Shown piece by piece: positions 1 through 12,349 of a DNA stretch of 64,000 bases; positions within the stretch are counted from its first letter, which is position 1, and every line of letters starts with the position of its first letter. Location: assembly GCA_000388065.2 (NCBI GenBank), contig KB932207.1. The stretch is one strand, 5' to 3'. The position numbers and the translations under genes are program-made. Below the pieces are notes generated by a model. That model ran no database searches, was not told the origin of the DNA, and was given only the letters and a program-made list of their open reading frames with translations. Source of the DNA: Fonticula alba ATCC 38817. Taxonomy: Eukaryota; Protista; Nucleariida.

Positions 1-468
1 GGCAGGAGGCCACCCGGTTGGCGTACCCTGCAGCATGGCCAGGAACTGCGAGTGCGTTTCGGCCAGATCGGCTGTCTGCAGCAGAACCAGCGTACGCGGG
101 TCAGGCAGGGCCCGGACACCGGGGACCGCCAGCCGGGCCATGCTCGGCTCATTGGCCAGGATGTATTGCTCGGCGGTGAAGCGGTCGGCCGGCAGCGAGG
201 AGCCGATCCAGTCGCCGGACGGGCGCTCGGCCTCCGAGAGGGCGGCATGCAGTGGCCCGCGGCCCTGCGCCGTGGTTTGGCTCAGGGTGCGCGGGGGAAG
301 CCCATCGCCGGAGATGAGCGGCGCGACCGGGACCCGAGTCAGCATGTCCGCTTGCGCGGCCACCCGGGCCGTCGGGGCCAGGAGGGCGCCCAGCAGCAGG
401 GCGCAGAGCAGCACAAGCAGCCGGGAAGCGCCCCTCCCGGTGGGGAGGGCGCCCTGGAGGAAGGCCAT
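1..468 (-). CDS. 5' part of an unknown secreted or membrane protein with an N-terminal signal peptide; runs off the left edge of the window
   Basis: Manual translation from the ATG at 468 gives MAFLQGALPTGRGASRLLVLLCALLLGALLAPTARVAAQADML..., open to position 1. It has a basic residue, a hydrophobic core and an AxA-type cleavage site. Not in the ORF track because there is no stop in the window. Confidence 0.6.
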   Translation of the reverse strand, partial: MAFLQGALPTGRGASRLLVLLCALLLGALLAPTARVAAQADMLTRVPVAPLISGDGLPPRTLSQTTAQGRGPLHAALSEAERPSGDWIGSSLPADRFTAEQYILANEPSMARLAVPGVRALPDPRTLVLLQTADLAETHSQFLAMLQGTPTGWPPA

Positions 469-779
469 GGCTGGGGCGGAGGGAGGGGAGGACCGGGGCG
501 GCGACGATGCAGCGAGGGGAAGGAGGGGGCGGGTGCGGGAGGAGGCAGCAGGGCAAGATGGCGCAGGCGAGCGGCGTGGTGTGGAGGAGGTGCTGTGGTG
601 GGAATCCCTGACCGATCGGGCCCCCAGCCGAAGAGAGCTGCCCCGACGAAAATGTGGCCCCTCGCGCGGGGGTGTCTAGTGTCCTGTCCTCGCGCCGGCG
701 CCCATCATGCCCACTCGCCGGGGCCACCTGCCAATGAGGCTTGGGAGTGCGAGCGCATCAGAGGACGAAGGTCAAGCAA

Positions 780-951
<172 letters not shown>

Positions 952-1474
952 GCGGCGAGAACAGGTGTAAATCGCCTGGGACAACGGGCAAGACCCAGGG
1001 AAAGCCTGGAGACATTTGTCGGGAGGGCGCAGGAAAGAGGAGCCGGATCAGGTGATTCGAATTCCGGTGCGGCGGCACCTCGCCTGAACATGCATCTCAA
1101 GCGCGGCGAAAGACATCGCCGATGTGCGTGTGTGTGTGTGTGTGTGGAGGGAGGAGGGGGGGAAATGTGCGGTTTGTGTCTATTTGCATGACAAGCCCCC
1201 ACCGAATAGGGGGAGCACGAGAAAGGGAGGGGCCAAAAAAGAGCCGGCCCCCTCGCCCGATCCCCGTTTCACGATGTCAGGGGGGGGGGGGGAGAGAAAG
1301 AAGGAGAGGGACAGAGAGGGNNNNNNNNNNNNNNNNNNNNGGGGGGGGGGGCGAGAAGTAGACTCAAGGAGAAGAGACGCGAGCAATAGCCGCTTGCCTC
1401 TGTTGCCGCCCGCCCGCCCGCCCGTCCCCCCCCCCCCGCTTAGGGCGATGCCCGCTCTGCCCATCTCTCTCCCC

Positions 1475-4400
1475 TCACTGGCTGCCATTGGGGGGAGACC
1501 CACCGGCAGAGGAGCCGGACCCGGGCGAACGCGGGCCAAAGAGCATGGCCACACGGGCGGACTGCTGACCGGGGGGCGGCGAGCCGCTGGTCGACGAGTC
1601 GGTGGGGCTTCCGCCGGCGCCCGGGGGAGCGGGGCGCTGAACCAGGCGCCCGGGGGCCGCCATCGGCGAGGCCGACTGCGACGCCGTCAAGGACGACTGC
1701 ACAAGCGGGGACTTGCCAAACACATCCACCAGGTTGGGCTTCGACGCCCGGGAGGCATGTGAAGCCCCCTTGAGGAACTGCGGCTGCGACTCCGTGGCGA
1801 AGGTGGGGCTGGTGGCGGCGGGCCCGCTGGCAGGGGCCGGAGCGGGATCGCCGCCGCCGCCGGAAGGACCCTTGCCAGCCGGGCGCGGCTGGCGACGGGA
1901 CGAGCTCCCCCCATCGCGGGTGACCAACTTCGGGGCGAAGGGGCGCTGCTGCTGCTGCTGCTGCTGCTGTTGCTCGGAGACCGGGGCACCAGGAGCAGCA
2001 GCAGGGGCAGCAGCAGGGGCATCCCCATCGCCGGCGCCGACCGGGCCATCATCACCGTCATCATCGTCATCGGAAAAGCCATCCGAGGACTTGGCCCCGG
2101 CATTGGCACTGGCCAGGTTCAGGTTGGAGATGGACTCCGGGATGTCCAGCCACAGCTGGAAGGGGTCACGGTCGGGGATGAACTCGCCATCCGGATCGCC
2201 AGCCAGGGCGGTGCTCCGGAAGCGCGAGTACAGCACCGGCATGGAGCTGGAGCTGACCAACTCCGAGACACTCAGCGACCGGGGGGACAGGTAGTTGCCC
2301 CCACGCGCGGCCAGCAGGCTCTGGATGCTGGGGGTCAGCTTGACCGCACGGCTGTACTCATTCAGCCCGGGGAAGAGCAGTGGCCGGCCCTTGTGGCGGA
2401 CCTCCACCTGGCGATTGCTGCTGTAGTACAGCAGCAGCAGCTTGCTCCAGGGAACCGACACCAGGCTGTAGGAAATGTGCGTCAGGCTCTGGACACTCTC
2501 CACACACTGGCCCAGCAGGGCGAAGGACCCGGCGGCGCTCGGGCACAGGTGATTGCTCAGCAGATCGACCGAGTCGATGTCCGACGGCTGCTTGGTGGCG
2601 AAGGCGCGCGTGGCGTCCAGCGGCCGGTCCAGCAGGATGATGGATGTCCGGTTGAGGGGGTTGTTCACCACCACGGTGCCCACCGTGCCGAAGGGCACCG
2701 ACCGGTTGGGCACCGTCCCGACAATGGCCACACGCGTCAGGAGGTACGGCATGGGCTGGTACACCGACCAGGGGGCCAGCTCATTGTCCGGGTCCACCAT
2801 CAGCGAGGGGTAGACAATGCGATCCTCGTCGACCTGCTCCTGCGACAGGAGGTATGCCGCCGGGACCGACACCAGCGGGCGCTGGTGCTGGGGAAGGGTC
2901 GGGGACATTTGGCTGCCAAGGAGGAGCGAAGCAGGGGCCGCAGAAGGGCGGACAGGCAGAAGGGAGGGGACGGCACAAGTCAGCGCGTGCGCGCGACAGA
3001 AAGAGAGAGAGGGAGAGAGAGAAAAGGAAAAAAGGAAAAAAGGAAAAAAGGAAAAAAAGAAAAAGAGAGAGAGAGAGAGAGAGAGAGAGGCAGAGCGGGC
3101 GAGCGCGGCCGCCGCCAGCGAGAGATGGACGGAAGTGACCAAGCGCGCGCATCATATGGCGGAAGAGAGGGGGAAGCCCGGCCAAGGGGGACACACGTAC
3201 AAGACACTCCGGCCATCGGCCAGCCGTTGGATGTCCCACGAGCTGAGAGACTGCGAGCCGACCGCCACGCGGAAGTGCGAGTTGAAGGAGGTGTTGACCC
3301 AGGTCTGGAAGAGGCGCGCCGACTCGATGTTCGGGAAGAGCGCATGCAGCGGGACCGAATTCTTGTCGATGCGGATGCTGCGCAGGTCCACGCGCGGCGA
3401 CAGCCGGCGGATGTTGGCGAAGTAGAGGGCCAGCAGGCCCAGCCCGGGCTTGGTGAAGAGGTACTCCACATTCTTGAGGCTCAGGGCCGGGACCGTGCCA
3501 CTGGCCCGAGCCCGGCTCAAGGCCTTGATGTAGTTCGGGGTCGGCAGCAGGAACAGCGGCGAGTACTCGTGGATGAAGGAGTCCCGCATGTTGAGGCCGA
3601 TTTCGATGGACCGGTGGGAGCTGCGCGAGCTGCCGGACCCGCCGCCCTCATTCGGGAGGACCAGCCGCAGGCGGCTGATCACACGCAGAATCAGCGACGT
3701 GGACACATTCAGCAGCTGGCCCACCTTCATCAGCGGGAAGAAGGAGGCCCAGTGCTGGTTGGTGTCGACCTTCGGCTCGATGGAGGCATCCCACGGCAGG
3801 TAGCTCGGCGGCGGGGGGGTGTACAGCTCCACCGCCACATGGCCATTCTTCAGGTAGCCCAGCACCGTGCCCAGCTGGCCGAAGGAGGCCGTGACATTGT
3901 GCTTCGGCAGCTGCACATTGTAGGAGAGCATGTGCGCGCGGCGGTTGTTCCGCTGCGGCGAGCTGCCCATCAGCAGCACCGTCGACCCGATGGGGAAGGC
4001 CTGGTCAATGGTCTTGGGCGGGCGCGCCAGGAACCGGCTGTCCGACCAGTCGCTCCCGAGGATGACCGACTGCAAGGGGGACACCACCAGCCGGGACACA
4101 TCGGCCGAGAAGGACGGCGAGAAGACCGTCGACAGGGACCCCGAGGGGGACGACCCGGCGCCGGTGACGCCGGCGGCATTCCCGGCCGCCTCGGCCCCCT
4201 CGCCGGCTTCGGCAGCCTGGCTCGCCCCCGCCAGCCCGGCCCCCTCGGTGCCGTCGGTCACCAGCAGGGCATTCGAGGTAAATGGCCGGATGACGGCCAG
4301 CTGAACCACCTGCTCGCCGGCCAGGATGGCCAGGTCATTGTAGGCATTGCTCAGGATGGCCGCGTGGTCCTGGAAATGGCGCAACCGCTCCGGGCAAAGC

Positions 4401-7400
4401 TGGAAGCAATAGACCGGCGGCTGCTTCTTAGTGCCACCGCCCAGGGGCCGGGCACTGGCGTCATCCGAGCCACTGCCACCCTCCTCCGGGGCCCCGCTGG
4501 CGCTCAGCCCGGAAAGGGGATTCACCGCCGACGGGGTAAACAGATGGCCACTGCTGATGTCCACGATGCCCACCAGCTGGCCGGCACGCAGCACCGGCCA
4601 CGAATAGTAGCACAGGCTCCCCAGCCCGGCCAGGTGGAAGTTCCGCTGGCTGGACATGAAGGCCCCATCCAGCGGGGCGGCCGGCGTCGACTGGCCAGGC
4701 CCACCGGTGCCCAGGGCCCCGGCGGCGCCCTGCTCCTGCGCGGCCTCCTGGAAGTCCGACCGGGCGGCCCCGGTGCCGGGCAGGATGAACTGCAGCGTCG
4801 GCAGGCGCAAGGCCAATGTCTCATTCTTGGCGGTCTGCCCACGCCGAGACATGAAGATCATCTGCTTGCGCACGGCCAGCGAGTGGAAGGTCGGCAGGCC
4901 GAGCGGCGCATCGGCACCCAGCCGGACCCCGGGCAGCAGGCCAAAGTGCCGGATCGGCGTCAGGCGATTGAGCTCGGCATAGCGCATGACATGGCGCTGG
5001 ACCGCGATATTGGACACCATGGTCTGGATGGTGCCACCGAGGATGCCCGGGGCCGGGGCCGCGCCATCGGCCGCCGACACCCCGGTGTCCAGCAGCGCCA
5101 GCTCATACGACACAGACGGATCATGACGGAAGACAAAGTACTCCATGGAGTTCTGGTTGCGCGAGAGCACGGCATTCGGCAGCCGGGACATCGGAAGGGC
5201 CATCACCTCTCGCAGCCGGTCGATGTCGATGAAATTCACCAACACCACCGACTCCCAGTCATTCATCTTGCCATTGAGATCCACATGGAAGTCGGCCGGG
5301 AAGAAGTCCGCCACCGGCGACTGGGCCGGGTCACTGCTCATCAATGGCCGGAGGCCCTCCGGCACCAGAGCCGCCGAAGCCGGCGGCAGCACCGACAGCA
5401 GCTGCTCGAAGGGGTCCAGCGGACGCTGCAAGTCAAAGTGCGAATAGTACCGCAGGGCCGGCTCCTGGAGGAGCTCCACCCGGGCCAGGTCCGAAATCAG
5501 CGGCGAATAGTACATCGGGAAGAACCAGCCCCAGCTGGGAATCCCATGGTAATAGTAGTACAGGACCCACTGCAAGCCGCGGTAGTACTCCAGCGACACG
5601 CGGTCCACCAGGGCCCGGTAATCCGGCCGGCGCTCCAGGTCCCGGTACTGGCTGGCCGGCAGGTAGTGCAGCCCCTGGGTGAAGGGCCCGGCGATGTTCT
5701 GCCCATCCGGCAGGCGGATGGACGGCAGATCGGCCTGCAGGTCGGCCAGATCCCGGCCCGGGGAACCATCCACCGTGACCAGGGCCTCGGCGATGGCCGC
5801 GTCATCCTGCGGCACGCCGAGGCGCGTCAGCCGGTAGACACACCGCGACCGGGCATACGCCAGGGAGAGGCGCTCGGCCGCGGCGGCCGGCGTGGCGGTG
5901 AAGGTGCGCGACCGAATCGGCGCATTGAGGTACGCCGCAAAGACCGCCTCATAATACGTCCGCATGAGGGGCATGATGCCGACGATGAGCTCCGGCACCT
6001 TGATGATCACTTGGCGATCGTCCCGCATGTACGACAGGCCGAGGTCACTGCACGCGCGCATCAGGAACGCCATGTCCATCGGGGTCAGCGTGGCCGGGAA
6101 GGCGATCTGCTGGTTGGCCTGGCGGTATTCATCGAGCGCCGGCTCGGTCAGGCCGTGCAGCAGGAAGAAGCTGCGCAGGCGCTTGAAGATCACCAACTGC
6201 GAGGGGGTGATGAAGGTGACCGTGCGCTTGTAGGCGGTGCTGGAGTCCGGGGCCGAGGCGTGGCGCGGCTCCGACGCCAGGGCCGACTGGATGGCCTGCA
6301 TGAACTCCGGCGAGAAGCTCTTCATGGAGGCATCGCCATCATCGTCATCCTCGCTGTCGTCGGTGTTGTTGGCGTTGGCGGCGTTGGTGTCATCGTCGGC
6401 CCCCGGGAGCTCGGCCAGGGGAGCAGCACCGCCGCTGCCGGCGGCGGTGGCCGAGCTGCCCAGGCCGTCGCCCTCGGAGGTGGCCCCGCCGGCCGCCCCG
6501 GCATCCGAGACCGAGGCATCACTGCGCGCCTCGACCAGCAGGTCGTGCGACACGTCCGGCGGGAATTGACTGGCCGACGCGGCACGCACCGCCGACAGCC
6601 GAGCATCCTTCCGAGAGGAGGAGGAGGAGGAGGAACCCCCGGCCCCGAGGGCCGACAGGGCGGCCGCATGCTCCGGCGAGTCGACCGCCTGCTGGACCAT
6701 CAGCCGGTCGCGCGGGTCGATCGAAATCAGACTGGCCTGGTTGGCCGAATCGAAGTAGGCCGTCTCCAGGTCGGCCAGCTCGATGAAGATGCGCCGCAAG
6801 CGCGCGGCATTCAGCACGCCCGATTCATTGATGTAGCCACCCAGGTGGGGGCGCACGCGGCGGTAGGTTTCCAGGATGACATTGAGCGAGCCCTCCGGGA
6901 TGTAGAGCGACGGCAGGTTCGGGAGGAAGTCATTGCCCACCAGCATGCAGAGGGCCACGAAATCGTCGTAGATGGCCTCCGGGTTGTACCGGTCGGCCGG
7001 GTTGGGAGAGTGCTCGCGAATCAGCGGGTCCAAGTCGCGGAACTCCAAATCCAGGGTCTCCCGCAGGAGCCCCACATAGAAGAGGGTGTACTGGTCGCCG
7101 CCGGCCACCGGGGGGAGGGGCTGCTTGGCGGCGCTGCCGCTCAGGGTCGATGCCACGATGCCGGCATTGGTGGGCCGGTTGAAGGGCGGAGCATGGAGCA
7201 GCTGCTCGCGCAGCAGGCAAAAGTGCGGCTCATGCGTGACCAGACTCAGCATGATGAGATCCGAGTCCAGGCCGTACAGACAGTGCGAGGTGTTCGGGTC
7301 GTGGTCCGGCGACTGGCGCAGCTGGCGGATGTAGGACATGATCTTGTGCTCACCCTCGCCCGGGCAGTCGGTGCCGGAAAAGATGACCTGGACATTGCGC

Positions 7401-7924
7401 CAGACCGGGTCCATGTTCATGTTCAGGTTGATCAGGTGCCGCAGGCGCCGGCCGAGGTCGTCCATCAGCTCGGTGCCCGGGGTAACGGAGTTCGTGTCGA
7501 AGACCGGCGCCGGGGCGCCCTCCTCGTCGTCATACTGGGGGGGGGCCTTGGTGAAGCGACGCGAGCGCTGCTGGTTGAGCTTGGCACGAGGGGCCACACC
7601 TGAGGCGTGGGGAGCGGGGGCGGGGGCGGGGGCGGGGGCGGGGGCGGGGGCGGGGGCGGGAGCGAGAGGACCGGGAGCAGGGCCACGAGGGGGAGGGGGT
7701 GAGCAAGCGCCCGGGCGGTGTGCGGCGAAGGGGCGCGCAGGGAAAAAAGAGCACACCATCAAGGGCCAGGTAGATCATCTTCCGCGGGCGGATAAGATGC
7801 GCCAGGCGGTTGACAACCGCGAAGACGCCGTAAGCCAGCTCGTCATCGGAGAGGAGCGGCGCGTCGGAAGTATTGTTGTGGGAGCACTGGTGGATGATGC
7901 CGTTCATGTCGAAGTAGAGGTTGT
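1475..7924 (-). CDS. XRN1: 5'-3' exoribonuclease 1; first exon(s) not visible, probably in the N gap at ~7957-8451
   Basis: Motifs DNLYFDMNGIIH, ALDGVAPRAKLNQQRSRRF, PGEGEHKIM, CLYGLDSDLIML, GNDFLP, P(F)EQLLSVLP and NGKMNDWE, plus a C-terminal SH3-like segment (RVAIVG..SVPFGTVGTVV). Exons 7924-7757, 7599-3201 and 2912-1475, with GT-AG introns 7600-7756 and 2913-3200 that join in frame. Confidence 0.93.
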
Positions 7925-7956
7925 CTATGTGGTGGTCGAGGGGGGGGCGGGGGGGG

Positions 7957-8451
7957 NNNNNNNNNNNNNNNNNNNNNNNNNNNNNNNNNNNNNNNNNNNN
8001 NNNNNNNNNNNNNNNNNNNNNNNNNNNNNNNNNNNNNNNNNNNNNNNNNNNNNNNNNNNNNNNNNNNNNNNNNNNNNNNNNNNNNNNNNNNNNNNNNNNN
8101 NNNNNNNNNNNNNNNNNNNNNNNNNNNNNNNNNNNNNNNNNNNNNNNNNNNNNNNNNNNNNNNNNNNNNNNNNNNNNNNNNNNNNNNNNNNNNNNNNNNN
8201 NNNNNNNNNNNNNNNNNNNNNNNNNNNNNNNNNNNNNNNNNNNNNNNNNNNNNNNNNNNNNNNNNNNNNNNNNNNNNNNNNNNNNNNNNNNNNNNNNNNN
8301 NNNNNNNNNNNNNNNNNNNNNNNNNNNNNNNNNNNNNNNNNNNNNNNNNNNNNNNNNNNNNNNNNNNNNNNNNNNNNNNNNNNNNNNNNNNNNNNNNNNN
8401 NNNNNNNNNNNNNNNNNNNNNNNNNNNNNNNNNNNNNNNNNNNNNNNNNNN
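7957..8451. other. Assembly gap (N run); other gaps at ~1321, 11735, 17214, 19333-19587, 24289, 30546-30827, 31718, 39741 and 58727-59000
   Basis: Runs of n, nearly all flanked by poly-G/poly-C or (CT)n tracts. Confidence 0.99.
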
Positions 8452-9133
8452 CCCCCCCCCCCCCCCCCCGGGGTTGGCAGGCCGACACGGCTGTTCGGCC
8501 GGGTGTGGAGGCGACAACGGCGGCCGGGGCCCGCGTCTCCGCAACATGCCCGGTGCCGGGACATGGGTGCCAGCAAGACACCGGGGGTTCGTGCATCGAT
8601 GCCAGGCCACTCGCACCAGTTGATCGGGTGGCCGGAAACTCGCGTGTCTGTCAAATGCGCGCGCGGCCGTGGGCGCACCAGCGCGCTCGCGCGCGCCCAG
8701 GCCACACGGGTGCACGCATCCCCCCCCGCCCCCCTGCCGCCGGCCACACGGAGGAACTTCATCTCAAAAAACGACGACCAAGCGAGTTCCCCGTTTTTTT
8801 CGCCCCCTTTCCCGCCCTCCCAGGGGTGGGGCCCGCTCGGGCAGCCCCCGGGGCGACGCACACCCGCCCGGGAGGACGCCCCCGGCGCAGGGGCGAGCGC
8901 CAGGACGCTTGCGCAAGCAGCAGCTCCCGGCGAGGCCGCTGCCCAATCACCGGCGATCGGCCCCGCCCCTAAAAACACCACGACGGAAGGCGACACGGCC
9001 CCCCTCCCGCCCCCGGCCCGGCCCGGCCCGGCGCAGGCCCCCCCTCCCCCCGGGTCCTGGGCCCCACATCCGAGCCCAAAGGGCAAGCGGAGCCCAGCGC
9101 TCAATTAAAATAAGCCCGGGCGCTTCTCACCCC

Positions 9134-9188
9134 CCCCGCTCCCCGTTCCCCGCTCCCCGTTCCCCGCTCCCCGCTCCCCGCTCCCCGC
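9134..9188. repeat. 7-bp tandem repeat (CCCCGYT)x~8
   Basis: ccccgct ccccgtt ccccgct ccccgtt ccccgct ccccgct ccccgct ccccgc, read directly. Confidence 0.9.
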
Positions 9189-9744
9189 CTCGGGAAGGTA
9201 TTTTTGGCGTAATTACCCCTCCATGTCCAGAGGAATATGCCCACACCCGGCCACGGACAAGATGGACCCAACGCCCGGGGAGGGGGGGGGGGAGCTCGGC
9301 CAGGCCTAGACGCGGGCACCCTCCCGCAGGAGCCGCCCGGGGTGACATGAGCCCGTTGCAGAGTAGACGGGAGGTAGGGTCCCCCCTCCCCCCCGCCCCC
9401 CCGCCTCCCGGCACCGGGGCGTACGTGCCCGCCCTCCTTCGCGCCCCTCCGGCCCGCAAGCGGACGCGGAACCTCAGTTCGTCTGAAGCGGCTAACGCGC
9501 ACACGGAAGTGCTCCACTTTCAGAACAGGGCCAGGGAGCGCCCCCCGCTCCAACACAGTCTGTCGCCATTCCAGACCGGTCATTCCGAAGGGCACCACGT
9601 GATGCGGCTCTCGTCGATCGGCCAGGATCCCGTCCCCTGGCCAGTGTATTGTTTGTGGAAAGGCGAAGCGGGGAAAGGAGGCTTCGGAAACGAGGATGGC
9701 AGGAGGCAGAGAGAGGGAGGGGGGGGGGGGCGGGTCCTGTGGGG

Positions 9745-9789
<45 letters not shown>

Positions 9790-10011
9790 GGAGACAGAGA
9801 GTGAGCGTGCGCACCAGAGACCCATGCTCCACCAGCGCGAAGGGACGGAGCAGAGACACAAAACAGGAAGCACACACTCCCCGGCTCGTGCGGGCCAGCG
9901 CCCCTTGGTCCATCCAAGGGCATCCGCCCGGCAATCGATGCCACCTGCTCCTGCCCTGCGCGCTCTTTCTCTCTCTCTCTCTGTGTGTGTGTGTTTATGT
10001 GTGCGTGTCTC

Positions 10012-12349
10012 TCACAGGCCCACCACGCCAGAAACGTGCTCCAGCACGAACGGAGTGATGACAGCCCGCGTGACGAAGAAAAAGATGATGCCAAGGACCA
10101 GGGAAATCGGGAGGGCAGGGAGGGCCCGCCGAAAGAAGGCAAGGAGGAAGATGGTGGACATCAGGCCAGCTGACACCGCCACCAGGCAAGTGACCGTCGT
10201 CGTCCAGTCGGACAGGGCCGCGCGGCCCAGGAGGACGCTGTAGAAAACAAAGTCCCCAAGGCCAAGCTTGAGGCCGTCGCGCGCCTTGGCCTCGGCCGGG
10301 GGGGCGTCCTCATCTTCCTGGGCCCCGGTGTCGGCGGCATCCGGATCGGCATCCGCCAAATGGGGATCCACATCGGCCGCTTCGGCCTCGGTGCCGGACC
10401 GGAGGTCCCCCTCGGAGGCGGGGGCATGTTCAGGACTGGCCGGCACCGGGCCGGTCAGATCGTGCAACTCCACTCCCTCATCGGTGAGCAGGGCCCCTCG
10501 TGGGGGGGTGGATTGGCGCCGGCGGCCGCCTCCATTCCCCCCGTGGCGGCCCCCCGTCCGGACAGGAGCGAGCACCTCGTCCGACGAGTCGACCGGCGAG
10601 GCGTCGCTCGACTTGCCCCCACCAAGGATCCCATGCTCCGGATCGTGAGCCATGAACCACACCATGGTGACTGAGCGGGGGGATGCCGCACATACAGGTG
10701 CATGCATATGCATACACAAACGCCGGAGGGGGGGGAGGGGGGGGGAGTGAGGCACCTGATTAGCATGCAGCCCGTCGCCACAGGGGGGAAGAACTAATGC
10801 GTGTGTGTGTGTGTGTGTGTGTGGAGGGAAGCGAATGGTTGCCGGCGCACCACTATACAAAAGCGCCGGGATGTCCTTCTGGTGGCGGCGACTGGCTGCA
10901 ATCAGCAGCTTCAGCGGGCCACAGGGCGTCAGCACGGCGATGATATCCCAGATGACCAGCAGCCCGAGCAACACCCAGGTGGTGATCTCGTTGATGCGCG
11001 TGAGGGACCAAGCCTGAGGTCCGGACCGAGAGCAAGCAAGAGGACAAAGCTGGGGTCAGTGGAAGTGCCAGGAAAGAAAAAGGGGCACCGGAGAGAGGGG
11101 CATGGGCAAAGGGCGCAAGGCATCGAGGCGTCCGCCGACGCACCAGGAGCGCGCTCATGACCGTCAGGTACGCCTGCTGCAGGCGCAGGTGCGAACAATA
11201 AAACACCAGGACCAAGCCGCCGACGGCAAAGTTGACTGCTGCAAAGACAATCGTAATATAGTCCATCGGGATATTGAGTGCCAAAGATTGCGAGCTGCCG
11301 GCGTTGCGCCAGGGGGGCGGGGGCGAGACGGGGGAGACGAAGCATGAGCTGAGGGTCGGGAGGTGACACGGAAGAAAGAAAGAGGCAAAAAGGCCCCACG
11401 AACACCCGGAAGAGGATGCGAAGTGCCAAAGGAGAACGCACATGGCAAACAAGGCGCCCATGCCACCAAGCAAGACGCCGGTACTGAAAATCAGGTATCC
11501 GAAGATGATCTTGAATAGGCCAAACCAGAACATGACCGCCAGGATGATGGTCATGATGATGACCGCCGAGATGATGATGATGGCGTCGATGATGAAGCCG
11601 CCAATGTTGTCGCCGGTTTCGACCGTGGAGAAGCCGAAAAGCCTGCCCGCCAGCGCGGGGAACGCCCGGGGGGTTAGGATGGAAAGCCGACGGACAGACG
11701 AAGGAAAGGTGGAGGGCGGGGGAGGGCGGGGGAGNNNNNNNNNNNNNNNNNNNNNNNNNNNNNNNNNNNNNNNGGGGCACAGAAGCAGCCCAACGCACCG
11801 CATGCCATCCGTGTCGGCACGCATCACGGCCTCCACCTTCACCCACCAGATGACCAGGCACATGCATATCAGCACCGGCCGGAAGATGTGGTCGATCTGG
11901 CGAACGTAGTGTCGAACGTCCTCAACAGTCATGCCACCGCCGCCGCCGCCGTCACCGCCATCGGCGCCAGGTTCCTCGCCGGGCTGCGTCTGTCCGGGAT
12001 CCTCCTCGTCATCGAGGACCAGCGGCGCGACGAAAAGCTGATCCGTCGAGTCGACGGTCCCCCCGTAGCCCGGGTCCTGGCCCGAGGAGTCCGTGGGCGA
12101 TGGCTGCTGCATGTCGGCCGATTCGGCGGCCCCGGGCATCGGTCCGGACAGTGGATCTTCGCTGGCGGTGTACTCCGACAGGGGCACCACGCGCGGGTCG
12201 GCCGGCGGCCCGGGCCCCAGGCGGCTGTTGTTGATTGCCGCGCCGATCCCCTCGAAGGACAGATCGTCATAGAGCACCTCGCCCTGGCCAGTGGGGTGGA
12301 CTGGCCGGCGGCCGGCCAGCGGGTCGCCAGCACCGGGTGGGTCGGCCAT
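10012..12349 (-). CDS. PSEN: Presenilin (gamma-secretase catalytic subunit, GxGD aspartyl protease), multi-exon
   Basis: IWDIIAVLTPCGPLKLL (first Asp), GLKLGLGDFVFYSVL (GxGD), PALPISL, IPALLYS|VTMVW and multiple TM segments. Introns identified at 10671-10850 and 11295-11441, among others. Confidence 0.95.

Noticed and set aside
1970-7603. 1877-aa plus-strand ORF, and similar long ORFs at 55661-59215 (+), 46913-48295 (-), 37109-38398 (-) and 59875-61557 (+)
   Set aside because: These are antisense shadows of real GC-rich coding exons, with Arg/Gly/Ala-rich composition and no motifs. Stops are rare in such frames at this GC content.
8452-8770. Possible XRN1 first exon starting MKFLR at ~8762
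   Set aside because: It does not match the conserved MG(V/I)P.F.RW...RYP start convincingly. The true first exon more likely lies in the N gap.
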